Origin: Kiritimatiellia bacterium
GTDB lineage: Bacteria; Verrucomicrobiota; Kiritimatiellia; CAIKKV01
DNA length: 64,000 nucleotides
Direction: 5' to 3'
Assembly (NCBI GenBank): GCA_044346855.1
Contig: JBIIYJ010000001.1
Location: forward strand, 17,056-81,055
Part shown: positions 28,200-37,701 of the stretch, piece after piece
Position numbering within the stretch: position 1 is the stretch's first letter
How the letters are laid out: each line of letters opens with the position of its first letter
Translations under genes and position numbers: made by a program
The notes under the pieces: model-generated
Databases searched by the model: none
The model's input: only the letters and a program-made list of their open reading frames with translations
What the model was told of the DNA's origin: nothing

Positions 28200-29654
28200 A
28201 TGAAGTCGGCATATCTAGGCATTGACATCGGGGGCACCGGCGCGAAGACCGGTGTTTTCGACGGCAACGGGCGGCTGCTGGCGGCCGCGAAACGCGCTTA
28301 CACGCCCCGGACGGACGGGGCGGGCAGGGCGGACATTCCCATTGCCCTGATTGAAACCGGGGTCCGGGAGGCGGTCCGAGAGGCCGTGGCGGCGGCGGGT
28401 GTGCCCATCCGGGCCCTGTCCGTTGTCTCCCAGGGGCAGACGTTTGTGTCCCTGGACGGGGCGGACCGGCCGCTGCATCCCGCCATCTTATGGTATGACA
28501 GCAGGGCCGGGGCTCAGGCGCTGGCGCTGACGCGGGAACTGGCCGCGAAAGCGGGGGGCCCCCACCCCGGCATGGAGGCGATCGCCACCGCACCCAAGAT
28601 CCGCTGGCTCCGGGAGAACGAGCCGCGGGCCATGGCGGGGGTGAAGCGGCATCTGCTGCTGCCGGATTACATCACCTATCGCCTGACGGGGCGGGCGGTG
28701 ACGGATCCGCAAACGGCGGCCTCCACGGGCCTGACCCTGGGCGGGACGTCGTACCATGGCCCCGCCCTGGAGGCGGCGGGCCTGGCGCGCGAAAGCCTGG
28801 CCGACATTCTGCTGTCGGGGGAGGCGGCGGGCGCGGTCTCCGCGGCAGCCGCTGCGGACTGGGGGCTGGCGCCCGGAACCCTGGTGGCGGCGGGCGCGAA
28901 CGACCAGTATGCGGGCGCCATGGGCGCCGGGCTCTTCCGGCCCGGGCTGCTGTCGGTGGCCACCGGCACCTGCCTGGCGCTGGTCACCCTGACTCGAAAC
29001 CGGCCCGCCGGCCTGCCGGCCGGATTGTGGGGAGGCGACTTTCCGATTCCGGGCCTTTTTTTCGTGCTGGCGTATTCCAAGACAGCCGGCGTGGCGCTGG
29101 AGTGGTTCCAGCGGGTCCTGGCGCCGGAGGCGGACATGCGGCGGCTGGACGCCGAGGCGGCCGAATCGCCGCCCGGCAGCCGGGGCGTGACGGCGTGCCC
29201 GCACTTCGACGGGATGGTCTCCCCGGCGCCAGACGGCAGGGTCCGGGGCTTGTTCGCGGGCCTGGGCCTGCACCACACGCGGGGGGACCTTTTCCGGGCG
29301 CTGCTCGAATCGCTGGCCTTCGCGCTGCGCGACAACGTGGCCCACATCCGCGGGAGCGGGTATGCGCTCGAGGAGCTCCGCTCCATCGGGGGGGCCGCCA
29401 AGAGCGATTTCTGGCTCCAGATGCAGGCGGACGTGACGGGCCTTCCGGTGAGGCGGCCGCTCGTGACGGAAGCTGCCACTCTGGGCGCAGCCATGCTGGC
29501 GGCCTGCGGATCGGGCGAATTCGGAAGCCTCGCCTCCAGCGTGGAAGCCCTCTTCCGGCCCGGCGCGCGGTTCGAGCCGGACCCCGCTCGGGCCGCACCC
29601 TACGAGGAGGCGTTCCAACGCTATCACGATTTTTTGAAAGCGGCCGGTCGCTGA
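28200..29654 (+). CDS. FGGY family carbohydrate kinase (xylulokinase-like)
   Basis: 484 aa. N-terminal LGIDIGGTGAKTGVFD and C-terminal GGAAKSDFWLQMQADVTGLPV FGGY signatures. Confidence 0.85.
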   Translation: MKSAYLGIDIGGTGAKTGVFDGNGRLLAAAKRAYTPRTDGAGRADIPIALIETGVREAVREAVAAAGVPIRALSVVSQGQTFVSLDGADRPLHPAILWYDSRAGAQALALTRELAAKAGGPHPGMEAIATAPKIRWLRENEPRAMAGVKRHLLLPDYITYRLTGRAVTDPQTAASTGLTLGGTSYHGPALEAAGLARESLADILLSGEAAGAVSAAAAADWGLAPGTLVAAGANDQYAGAMGAGLFRPGLLSVATGTCLALVTLTRNRPAGLPAGLWGGDFPIPGLFFVLAYSKTAGVALEWFQRVLAPEADMRRLDAEAAESPPGSRGVTACPHFDGMVSPAPDGRVRGLFAGLGLHHTRGDLFRALLESLAFALRDNVAHIRGSGYALEELRSIGGAAKSDFWLQMQADVTGLPVRRPLVTEAATLGAAMLAACGSGEFGSLASSVEALFRPGARFEPDPARAAPYEEAFQRYHDFLKAAGR

Positions 29655-29679
29655 GATAAACGAAGGGTCCGCTCGCGTT

Positions 29680-29694
29680 TGGCACGACATCTGC
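29680..29694 (+). promoter_or_regulatory. Sigma-54 (-24/-12) promoter upstream of gspE
   Basis: TGGCACGacatCTGCT: GG and GC spaced exactly as in the TGGCACG-N4-TTGC consensus, 32 nt upstream of the gspE ATG. Confidence 0.55.
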
Positions 29695-29725
29695 TTCATA
29701 ATTTCACAACACGGGAAAGAGGCCT

Positions 29726-31432
29726 ATGCCCAGCGGATCACGATTGACCAACATTTTGCTTCGCCTGCGCGCCATCACGCCCGAGGCGTTGGAAAAGGCG
29801 GAGAAGGATGCGGCCTCCAAGGGTTTCCGCCTTGAGAAGTTCCTGATCGACCAGAAGCTCATCTCCGGCCCCCTGATGACGCTGGCGATCGCGGAATATC
29901 TGAACATGCGCCCCATCCGGCTGGCCCGGTTCACGCCCGACAACGAACTGCTGGATTCAATGCCGAAGGATTTCATGTCCCAGCACCTGGTGATCCCGGT
30001 GACCCGGACGGGAAAGAACCTGACGCTGGCGCTGGGCGATCCGTTCGATATCGTGGCCGTGGAGGAGCTGCACGACGTGATGGGGCTGGACATCACGCCC
30101 CTGGTGGCGGGCGAGCAGGAGATCCAGGACCTTCTGGCCAAGCTCAACCAGCCGAAGAGCAACATCGGGCTGGAAGAAGTGATGTCGAAGGTGGGCGACA
30201 ACGACGTCGAAGTGGGCCAGGAGAAGCAGGACGACGTCAGCCTGGAAGAGATGCTGGAGAGCGCGGGCGGCGCGCCCGTGATCCGCATGGTGAACATGAT
30301 CCTGGTGGAAGCGCTGCGGACGCGGGCGAGCGACATCCATATCGAGCCGATGGAGCGGTCGCTGCGACTGCGCTACCGCATCGACGGCAGCATGACCGAG
30401 CGGCCGAGCCCGCCGAAGAGCTACCAGCCTGCCATCATCTCGCGCATCAAGATCATGTCCAGCCTCAACATCGCCGAGCGGCGGCTTCCGCAGGATGGCC
30501 GCTTCAAGATCAAGGCGCTGGGCAAGGAAGTGGATATGCGCGTCAGCGTCCTGCCCACGGTGCACGGCGAGAAGGTCGTGATGCGCGTGCTGGACAAATC
30601 ATCGCTGATGCCAAACCTGAGCTCCCTGGGGCTGGACGAGCAGGCGTTCAAGGGGATGAGCTACGCGATCAACCAGCCCCACGGCATCATCCTGGTGACG
30701 GGCCCGACCGGCAGCGGCAAGACGACCACCCTGTACTCATGCCTCCAGGAGATGAACCAGCCGGACGTGAACATCATCACGTGCGAAGATCCCGTGGAAT
30801 ACCAGTTGGACGGCATCAACCAGGTCCAGATCAACACGGACGTGGGGCTCACCTTCGCCGGCGCGCTGCGGTCGGTCCTGCGCCAGGATCCGGACATCGT
30901 GCTGGTGGGCGAAATCCGCGATGCCGAGACGGCGGAAATCGCCGTCAAGGCTGCCCTGACGGGCCATCTCGTTCTGAGCACACTGCACACGAACGACGCC
31001 TCGGGGGCCGTGACCCGGCTTATGGACATGGGCATCCAGCCGTTCCTCCTGGCCTCCTCCCTGATCCTGGCCCAGGCCCAGCGGCTGTACCGGAAACTGT
31101 GTCCCGCCTGCAAGCGGCCGGCGGCGCTCGACCCCGTCGTCTTCGAGGCGAACCGCATCCCGCCGGACTTCTTCGGAGGAACCGAGATTTTCGAAGCCCA
31201 GGGCTGCCCCAAGTGCACCAAGGGTTACAAGGGCCGCGGCGCCATCATGGAGGTGCTGTCGGTTGACGATATCATCCGCCCCCTGATCCTCCGCGGCGCC
31301 ACCAGCGGCGAAATCCGCGATGCCGCAGTGGAGAAATGCGGCATGCTCACGCTCAAGACCGTCGGCCTTTCAAAAGTGAAAGCCGGCCTGACCTCGTTGC
31401 AAGCCGCCCTGGAAGTGACCGGCGGAGAATAA
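29726..31432 (+). CDS. gspE: Type II secretion / type IV pilus assembly ATPase
   Basis: 568 aa. Walker A GPTGSGKTTT, Asp and His boxes, and the C-terminal CPACK...CPKC tetracysteine motif. Confidence 0.9.
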   Translation: MPSGSRLTNILLRLRAITPEALEKAEKDAASKGFRLEKFLIDQKLISGPLMTLAIAEYLNMRPIRLARFTPDNELLDSMPKDFMSQHLVIPVTRTGKNLTLALGDPFDIVAVEELHDVMGLDITPLVAGEQEIQDLLAKLNQPKSNIGLEEVMSKVGDNDVEVGQEKQDDVSLEEMLESAGGAPVIRMVNMILVEALRTRASDIHIEPMERSLRLRYRIDGSMTERPSPPKSYQPAIISRIKIMSSLNIAERRLPQDGRFKIKALGKEVDMRVSVLPTVHGEKVVMRVLDKSSLMPNLSSLGLDEQAFKGMSYAINQPHGIILVTGPTGSGKTTTLYSCLQEMNQPDVNIITCEDPVEYQLDGINQVQINTDVGLTFAGALRSVLRQDPDIVLVGEIRDAETAEIAVKAALTGHLVLSTLHTNDASGAVTRLMDMGIQPFLLASSLILAQAQRLYRKLCPACKRPAALDPVVFEANRIPPDFFGGTEIFEAQGCPKCTKGYKGRGAIMEVLSVDDIIRPLILRGATSGEIRDAAVEKCGMLTLKTVGLSKVKAGLTSLQAALEVTGGE

Positions 31433-31441
31433 GGAATTCCC

Positions 31442-32623
31442 ATGAGCCCCCTGCTGAAATCGCAAATTGCCGCTGCCCAGACGGACAGCCTGACCCGCCC
31501 AAGCCAATACCAGAAGCGCGCGGACTCCCCGGCTGAAGACCGGGTGAAGCGGGCCCGGGCCCGGGGCCGCGTCGCCGGCGCCTCCAAGATCGTGGACCGC
31601 GACCTGCCCAGCTTCTCCCGCCAGCTGGCCGCCATGCTGACGGCCGGCATGCCCATCGTCAACTGCCTCGAAACGCTGGAGGAACAGGCTTCCAATCTCA
31701 GCTTCAAAGGGCTGATCGGCGACGTGCGGGAGGGCATCGAAGGGGGTCTGGCCCTGTCGGAATCGATGGCCAAATACCCCTCCGTTTTCGACGATCTTTA
31801 TATCAATATGATGAAGGGCGGCGAAGCCAGCGGCACCCTGGCGGAAACTGTCGCACGCCTGGCCACCCTCATCGAGGAAAGCGCCAAGCTGAAGCGGAAA
31901 GTCAAGTCGGCCATGACCTACCCGGTCATCGTGCTCGCCATCGCCCTGCTCATCACCGCGGGCCTGATCACCTTCATCGTCCCCGTCTTCGCCGGCATGT
32001 TCGCGGACTTCGACGCCAAACTGCCCGCCCCCACCCAGTTCCTGGTCAATCTCAGCAACGGCTTCCGCAAGGGGGCCCCCTACATTATTCCCCTCCTGTT
32101 CGTCCTGGGCTTTGTCTTCAACAAGTGGAAAACAACGCCCGTCGGCAAGCTTTTCGTCGACAGCCTGACCCTGAAACTCCCGGTTTTCGGTCCCCTGGCG
32201 CTGAAAGTCAGCGTGGCGCGATTCGCCCGGATCCTCTCCCAGTTGGTCAAAAGCGGCGTCCCCATCATGGACGCATTGAGCATCGTCTCTGCGGCTACCG
32301 GCAACAAGGTGATCGAAAACGCCATCCTAAGAGGTCGCGATTGCGTGGAACGGGGCGAACCCCTCTCCGCGGGACTCCAGGACACGCCCCAAATCCCCAA
32401 AATGCTCATCCGCATGCTGGCTGCCGGCGAGAAAACGGGCAAAGTGGACGAAATGATGGACAGCATCGCCGACTTTTACGAGGACGAGGTCCAAACCATG
32501 ATCGCGGGACTGACCTCCCTCATCGAACCCTTCCTAATGGTATTCCTCGGCGTCATGGTCGGCAGTATCGTCGTATGCATGTTCCTCCCGATTTTCAAGA
32601 TGGCCGAAGTCATAAAAATGTAA
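31442..32623 (+). CDS. gspF: Type II secretion system F family inner-membrane platform protein
   Basis: 393 aa. Two GspF repeats and three TM helices; follows gspE directly. Confidence 0.9.
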   Translation: MSPLLKSQIAAAQTDSLTRPSQYQKRADSPAEDRVKRARARGRVAGASKIVDRDLPSFSRQLAAMLTAGMPIVNCLETLEEQASNLSFKGLIGDVREGIEGGLALSESMAKYPSVFDDLYINMMKGGEASGTLAETVARLATLIEESAKLKRKVKSAMTYPVIVLAIALLITAGLITFIVPVFAGMFADFDAKLPAPTQFLVNLSNGFRKGAPYIIPLLFVLGFVFNKWKTTPVGKLFVDSLTLKLPVFGPLALKVSVARFARILSQLVKSGVPIMDALSIVSAATGNKVIENAILRGRDCVERGEPLSAGLQDTPQIPKMLIRMLAAGEKTGKVDEMMDSIADFYEDEVQTMIAGLTSLIEPFLMVFLGVMVGSIVVCMFLPIFKMAEVIKM

Positions 32624-32695
32624 AAAAAGAAAAACCCTGTCTTTTGGCACGCTTTTTTCAGCCAATATTGCGAAATTGAGAATTTCTTTCTTTAC

Positions 32696-32734
32696 TTTGA
32701 CAAGTTTTTCCGCTAACGTAAGAACTTGTCAAAT
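32696..32734. promoter_or_regulatory. Perfect 11-bp inverted repeat (TTTGACAAGTT-N17-AACTTGTCAAA) just upstream of the sigma-54 activator gene
   Basis: Read directly. Arms at 32696-32706 and 32724-32734, ending 14 nt before the ATG at 32749. Candidate operator or RNA hairpin. Confidence 0.5.
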
Positions 32735-32748
32735 TGAAGGAAGTGTCT

Positions 32749-34119
32749 ATGGCTCGAATACTCCTGGTCGACGACGAACCCAGCATTCTCAGCGTTCTCA
32801 GCACGCTCCTGAAGGCTGAGGGTTATGATGTTTCCCCCATGAACAATCCTTCCAAGGCGGCGGAATTGATGACGGCGGAAACGTTTGACCTGATGATCAC
32901 GGACATCCGGATGAGTCCGATCAACGGCATGGACCTTCTCAAACTGGCCCATGAGCAGAAACCCACGATGGCGGTCCTGATCATGACGGCGTTCGGGTCG
33001 GTCGACACGGCCGTGGAAGCCCTTAAAATGGGCGCTTTCGACTATGTAACCAAGCCGTTCAAGGTCGACGAACTCCTCATCACGGTCCAGCGGGCCCTGG
33101 ATTACCACAGGACGATGGAAGAGAACGTGGATCTGAAGAGCCAGCTTGGCGCCAAATACAAGTTTGAGAATATCGTCTCCGAAAGCGAGCCCATGCGCCG
33201 CGTCTGCGAGATGATCGAACGGGTGGCGCCCACGGATACGACCGTCCTGGTCACGGGTGAAAGCGGAACCGGCAAGGAACTGGTCGCCAAGGCCATCCAC
33301 GCCTACAGCCGGCGGAAGGACAAGAAATTCCTGGCCGTCAACTGCGCAGCCCTCCCCGAAACGCTGCTGGAGTCCGAGATGTTCGGCTACGTCAAGGGCG
33401 CCTTCACCGGCGCGGCGTCCAACAAGGAAGGCCTATTTGAAGCCGCAAACGGCGGAACCATCTTCCTGGACGAAATCGGCTCTATGCCCATCAACCTCCA
33501 GGCTAAATTCCTTCGCGTTCTGCAGGAAAAAGAAGTCCGGCGGGTCGGCGGCAACGAAAACATCTCCACCGATGTCCGCGTTCTTGCCGCAACAAACGTT
33601 CCCCTGGAGGAGTTGATCTCGAAAAACCTCTTCCGGGAGGATCTTTACTACCGGCTCAGCGTCATCAATATCACCATCAAACCGCTGAAGGAACGGGTCG
33701 AGGACATCCTGCCACTGGTCCATCACGTCCTCCAGCGTGAATGCCCCGATCCGGCCAATATCCCCGTCATCACCCCTGAAGCACGCCAGATCCTCGAACG
33801 CTATTCCTGGCCGGGCAACGTCCGCGAACTCGAGAACGCCATCAAACATGCATTGACGTTCTCTCTCGATAACAGGATCACCGCCGAACTGCTCCCCTCC
33901 CGAATCGTCACCTCCACCCCCGTCGGCCCCGCCCACACCACCGCATCCATCGCCCTCACCCAATTTAGGGGTAAATCACTCAAGGCCTTCCTGCGAGAAA
34001 AGGAAAAGGAATACCTTCAGTATGTACTCTCCCAAACCTCGGGCGATAAAGAGAAAGCCGCCAAGGAATTAAAGATCAGCCTGGCCACCCTTTATCGCAA
34101 GCTTCCAGAACCCCAGTAA
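32749..34119 (+). CDS. Sigma-54-dependent response regulator (NtrC/PilR-type: REC + AAA+ + HTH)
   Basis: 456 aa. Receiver domain ILLVDDE...D, GESGTGKE Walker A, GAFTGA motif, C-terminal Fis-type HTH. SD GAAGGAAG. Confidence 0.9.
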   Translation: MARILLVDDEPSILSVLSTLLKAEGYDVSPMNNPSKAAELMTAETFDLMITDIRMSPINGMDLLKLAHEQKPTMAVLIMTAFGSVDTAVEALKMGAFDYVTKPFKVDELLITVQRALDYHRTMEENVDLKSQLGAKYKFENIVSESEPMRRVCEMIERVAPTDTTVLVTGESGTGKELVAKAIHAYSRRKDKKFLAVNCAALPETLLESEMFGYVKGAFTGAASNKEGLFEAANGGTIFLDEIGSMPINLQAKFLRVLQEKEVRRVGGNENISTDVRVLAATNVPLEELISKNLFREDLYYRLSVINITIKPLKERVEDILPLVHHVLQRECPDPANIPVITPEARQILERYSWPGNVRELENAIKHALTFSLDNRITAELLPSRIVTSTPVGPAHTTASIALTQFRGKSLKAFLREKEKEYLQYVLSQTSGDKEKAAKELKISLATLYRKLPEPQ

Positions 34120-34206
34120 TTCTCTCATTCTAATTATTGATTATCATTTTTGCATATTGGAAACACTACCAGAATTAGATTAGAAAGCGCATTATCGTTT
34201 CTGATA

Positions 34207-34239
34207 AATGATTAAAATGAGCAAGCTGTTGCAATCATT
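34207..34239. promoter_or_regulatory. AT-rich upstream region with 7-bp inverted repeat (AATGATT-N19-AATCATT); candidate enhancer/UAS for the downstream sigma-54 promoter
   Basis: Lies about 120-150 bp upstream of the -24/-12 element at 34360, in a locally AT-rich stretch (34120-34340) within a 65 % GC genome. Confidence 0.3.
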
Positions 34240-34359
34240 AAGCTTACATCGAAAGTCGAAGTCAATTTTATTGTATAATAAAACTTATGTTTATCACTTT
34301 TGACAATATATCCTTGCCTTTTATTGCCATTTGGACTCCTTTCATGCATATCCGACAGT

Positions 34360-34375
34360 TGGCACAGCGAGTGCT
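34360..34375 (+). promoter_or_regulatory. Sigma-54 (-24/-12) promoter upstream of the first pilin gene
   Basis: TGGCACagcgaGTGCTT, with canonical GG/GC spacing, 66 nt upstream of the pilin ATG. Confidence 0.6.
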
Positions 34376-34440
34376 TATTATCTATCTGTAAGCACCAAAC
34401 GGGCAATCGCCCAAAACCAAACAGTAGCAGGAGAAGTGAT

Positions 34441-34785
34441 ATGAAGAAGCGCGGTTTCACACTGGTCGAGATCATGATTGTGGTGGCCATCATCGGACTG
34501 TTGGCGGCGATTGCGATTCCTTCGTTCTCGAAGATTCGTTCCGAATCCCGCAAGAGCACCTGCCAGAACTCCCAGCGTCTGGTTCGTGATGCCATCGAGC
34601 AGTGGGCCATGGCGAACAACATCGCCGAAGACGGCGCGATCACGGGCGCGGGCGTGACGAACGTCATTTCCTACCTCAAGTCCGGCCTGCCGTACTGCCC
34701 CGAGGGTCATGTGGTGTTCGCTCTTCCCGCCAACGTCGGCGACGCCGTCACGTGCCCCGTTTCGGGCTCGGGCCACAGTCTGTAA
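34441..34785 (+). CDS. Prepilin-type N-terminal cleavage/methylation domain protein (pilin/pseudopilin)
   Basis: 114 aa. MKKRGFTLVEIMIVVAIIGLLAAIAIP class-III signal. C-terminal Cys pair (CPEG...CP). SD AGGAGAAG. Confidence 0.85.
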   Translation: MKKRGFTLVEIMIVVAIIGLLAAIAIPSFSKIRSESRKSTCQNSQRLVRDAIEQWAMANNIAEDGAITGAGVTNVISYLKSGLPYCPEGHVVFALPANVGDAVTCPVSGSGHSL

Positions 34786-34805
34786 TCGGTTATACCGATG
34801 ACTCC

Positions 34806-34843
34806 GAAGGGCTTCCAGGGAAACTTGGAAGCCCTTTTTATTT
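34806..34843 (+). terminator. Rho-independent terminator after the first pilin gene
   Basis: GAAGGGCTTCCA-gggaaact-TGGAAGCCCTT followed by TTTTATTT. Confidence 0.7.
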
Positions 34844-34975
34844 CTCATCCAGCACGCTTCATTACCTGCACCAATCTCGCGTTCACTCGTCAATCTGATT
34901 TGATCCTGCTCGCCATGCCCCGAACCCTGCTCATTTTGAACCTTTGTTTTACCTGTTTCTCCTAGTTGACTCTCG

Positions 34976-34984
34976 TGCTATAAT
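34976..34984 (+). promoter_or_regulatory. Possible extended -10 promoter (TGcTATAAT) for the second pilin
   Basis: TG-n-TATAAT about 68 nt upstream of the ATG. No properly spaced -35; the TTGACT lies only 7 nt upstream. Confidence 0.3.
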
Positions 34985-35051
34985 TATGGTAGCTGTGTGT
35001 ACGAATTTATGTCATAGTAGTTGTGTGCGTAAAAACGTAAAGAGAGGGATT

Positions 35052-35408
35052 ATGAAAAACAAAGGCTTTACCCTGCTCGAAATAATGATCGTTGTGGCCA
35101 TCATCGGACTGCTGGCAACAATCGGGATTCCGGCTTTCATCAAGGTCCGCCTAGAGTCCAGGAAGAATGCCTGCCTCAACGGACAGCGCATGGTGCGCGA
35201 CGCGTTGGAGCAATGGTCGCTGTCGCACGAAGTCGCCTTGGGAATGGAGATTCCCGACGATGGCAAAGCCGAGATCACGTCCTACATCAAGGGCAACGCG
35301 CTCCCGAAATGCCCCGAGGGCGATATCACGATCCAGGTCCCTGATACATTCGGAACCCCGGTGATGTGTCCGGTCGAGGCCTCCAGGGACATCCATTTCC
35401 TTCCCTGA
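35052..35408 (+). CDS. Prepilin-type N-terminal cleavage/methylation domain protein (paralogous pilin)
   Basis: 118 aa. MKNKGFTLLEIMIVVAIIGLLATIGIP and the same C-terminal CPEG...CP motif as the first pilin. Confidence 0.85.
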   Translation: MKNKGFTLLEIMIVVAIIGLLATIGIPAFIKVRLESRKNACLNGQRMVRDALEQWSLSHEVALGMEIPDDGKAEITSYIKGNALPKCPEGDITIQVPDTFGTPVMCPVEASRDIHFLP

Positions 35409-35430
35409 AAGCACGTCCATATCGCCAGCG

Positions 35431-35470
35431 AAAAAGGCTTCCCGGGTGGGGAAGCCTTTTTCGTTTTCTT
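35431..35470. terminator. Bidirectional rho-independent terminator (A-run, GGCTTCCC-GGGTG-GGGAAGCC, T-run)
   Basis: Perfect 8-bp GC-rich stem, 5-nt loop, TTTTTCGTTTT downstream and AAAAA upstream. Sits between the convergent pilin and FG-GAP genes. Confidence 0.75.
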
Positions 35471-35479
35471 GTGGCGACC

Positions 35480-36586
35480 TTACAACCCTTCGTTGTAGTA
35501 AACATAAAGCCCGTCCTTGCCGGGCGCGACCAGGTCAAGCCTTCCCGTGCCGCGAAGGTCGGCCAGCGCGAAGTGAATCCCGCACCCCTTCCCTTCCCCG
35601 ATGGGCCCATAGTCGATCACCTGCTTTGAAAACGACTCGCCTGTCCACTTGAAATAATAGATCCCGACATCGTCCCATTCCCCGGCCTCGTTGCCGTTGT
35701 GGGCCCGATGCCGCTTGCCCGTGACCAGTTCAGGCTTCCCGTCGCCGTCGATATCGATCCATTGCAGGTCATGGTACTGCGCGTTGTCGAGATCGATAGG
35801 ATGATGAACCCAGGCGCGCTGCTCCGGACTTCCCGTCCAGTCGCTCCACCACAGCCCGTATCCGTGGGCGTTACCGGTGATGATCTCGTTCTTCCCGTCG
35901 CCGTTCAGGTCAACAACCAGCATCGGCACACTGGCAGCCCAGCCCCAAGGCGGCTTCGGGAAATCGGGATGCCAGATCCACTTGCCCGTCAGCGGGTCCG
36001 CGGGACACTCCAGCCAGCCGGTGCTCAGGACAATGTCCTTGCGCCCGTTTCCCGCCACATCGCCGCACCCCAGGCCGTGGCCCTGCTTCAGGCCCTCGGG
36101 AAATTCGAAGATCGTGATTCGCTCAAACTCCCCGGCGCCCTTCCCCGCCGCATCCTTCCTGAGTTTGAATATCTTCACGTCGCGGGTCGGCGGCGTGTTG
36201 GGAACCATTTCGGGCGTTCCGCAGCCGTCGATGTCCCAGGCCCGCGTGGTCTCCACGTTGCCGGTCTCGCCGATGACATGCTCCGCCCATTCCTTTTTCG
36301 GATCGCCCGGGTTCTCCCTCCACCGCAGCGCGTTCCCCCACCATCCGCCGGTCACAAAATCCAGCCTGCCGTCGCCGTTCACATCCAGGGCGATCGTGGA
36401 GAAATCATCATAGTACTCCCCGTAAGCCTTCACGGGCGCGACCGGGAACTTCCTGCGGAAATCCGGCCCCTGATACCAATAGGCGCCCGACACGATGTCG
36501 GGTATGCCGTCGCCGTTCACGTCAAATACGCCGGCCGACTCGAACGTCTCGTCAGCCACCCAGACACGCTTCCACTTTAATGGCAT
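35480..36586 (-). CDS. FG-GAP/VCBS repeat-containing protein (beta-propeller)
   Basis: About 368 aa from MPLKWKR (SD AAGGAG). Repeated DxNGDGxxD / DxDGDGxxE calcium-binding-like FG-GAP motifs. No obvious signal peptide. Confidence 0.7.
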   Translation of the reverse strand: MPLKWKRVWVADETFESAGVFDVNGDGIPDIVSGAYWYQGPDFRRKFPVAPVKAYGEYYDDFSTIALDVNGDGRLDFVTGGWWGNALRWRENPGDPKKEWAEHVIGETGNVETTRAWDIDGCGTPEMVPNTPPTRDVKIFKLRKDAAGKGAGEFERITIFEFPEGLKQGHGLGCGDVAGNGRKDIVLSTGWLECPADPLTGKWIWHPDFPKPPWGWAASVPMLVVDLNGDGKNEIITGNAHGYGLWWSDWTGSPEQRAWVHHPIDLDNAQYHDLQWIDIDGDGKPELVTGKRHRAHNGNEAGEWDDVGIYYFKWTGESFSKQVIDYGPIGEGKGCGIHFALADLRGTGRLDLVAPGKDGLYVYYNEGL

Positions 36587-37701
36587 AAGGATGCTCCTTT
36601 CCAGCACAATTCCCTGATTCTGGCTGCCGCATAGACGAAATTCGCCCAGGACACATCGGGCGGAATCAAGTGATCCCACGCAGGTATATACCGCCCCTTT
36701 TCCAGCATCCGCTCCGCCCGCCGCACTTCCCGGTCAATGGCCTCCCGCCCCGCGGCCAGCGCCCGCTTGTCCAACCCGCCCAGGATCGCCAGCTCGGGAT
36801 ACTGCCGGCGAACCTCCAGAATGTCATTCCCCGCCTGCACTTCAAACGGGAAGAAGAAGTTGATGCCATGCCGGGTCATGATGGAAACCAGTTCGCCGCA
36901 ATCGCCATCGCTGTCGACCGAAAGCAGGGGCGTCCCCGCCTCCCGCGCAAACGCGGCTATCCGGTCGTAACACGGCATCATGAACGACTCGATCATGGCG
37001 GGCGAGATAAGGGATCCCTGCCGACCGGACATATCCTCCCAGATGTGGATATGCGCGATCTTCACCTCGGCCGCCACCCGGCGCCAGAGACCGATCCAAA
37101 GCTCCGTCAGATGCTCCATCATGTCCCGCACCAGTTCCGGATCGTCATAAAAGGCGACCAGCAGCGCCTCGGCCCCCATCAGGTCGCGTGGCATTCCGAA
37201 GACGCCGTAGGGAAACGTGCCCACCTGGACCGCCTCACCCGTCGCTGCCAGCCGCGTCCGGAAGGCTTCCCAATCAACGGCCTTGAATCGCGCCGGATCG
37301 TCCAACCGCAGCCGGTCGGCCTTGAGCCGGTCCCAATCCGCCCGCGTCTTGACGGGGTAATCCATGAACTCGGGGATGGACGCGCCGTCCCGCCGGTTCC
37401 GCATCGTGATGCCGCGGGAATCCCGGCTGACGACGAACCGCTCGTTCTCCTCCAGCACTTTGACTTCGAAAGCCGGAAACAGCCCTGATGGAACGCCGGG
37501 ATTGGCGAACCCCGGATCGGCCCCGATTTCCCGCCCCACGTCCAGGTCAGGCTTGCCCGTTTCCGCCCGCCACCGCTCCAGCGTGGCGCCCCAGGGGGCC
37601 CATCCGAAACTGATGCCAAACGAAATCCGGTCGACCGGCTTCCCGGTCAGGCAGGCCACCAGCCGTTCGCCGGGGGTCATGACCGCGGCTCCCCCCATCA
37701 T
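36577..37701 (-). CDS. Uroporphyrinogen decarboxylase (URO-D) family protein, likely non-haem paralogue
   Basis: 374 aa. URO-D/MtaA-like fold hallmarks. Start ATGATG overlaps the stop of the upstream oxidoreductase (ATGA). Confidence 0.7.
   Translation of the reverse strand: MMGGAAVMTPGERLVACLTGKPVDRISFGISFGWAPWGATLERWRAETGKPDLDVGREIGADPGFANPGVPSGLFPAFEVKVLEENERFVVSRDSRGITMRNRRDGASIPEFMDYPVKTRADWDRLKADRLRLDDPARFKAVDWEAFRTRLAATGEAVQVGTFPYGVFGMPRDLMGAEALLVAFYDDPELVRDMMEHLTELWIGLWRRVAAEVKIAHIHIWEDMSGRQGSLISPAMIESFMMPCYDRIAAFAREAGTPLLSVDSDGDCGELVSIMTRHGINFFFPFEVQAGNDILEVRRQYPELAILGGLDKRALAAGREAIDREVRRAERMLEKGRYIPAWDHLIPPDVSWANFVYAAARIRELCWKGASLCH

Noticed and set aside
32646-32661. TGGCACGcttttTTTCA as a possible sigma-54 promoter for the activator gene
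   Set aside because: The -12 element lacks the essential GC dinucleotide (TTTC instead of TTGC). This contrasts with the two good matches at 29680 and 34360.
34961-34984. TTGACT ... TATAAT as a canonical sigma-70 promoter for the second pilin
   Set aside because: The hexamers are only 7 nt apart, versus about 17 needed. Only an extended -10 (TGcTATAAT) reading is tenable, and it is reported with low confidence.
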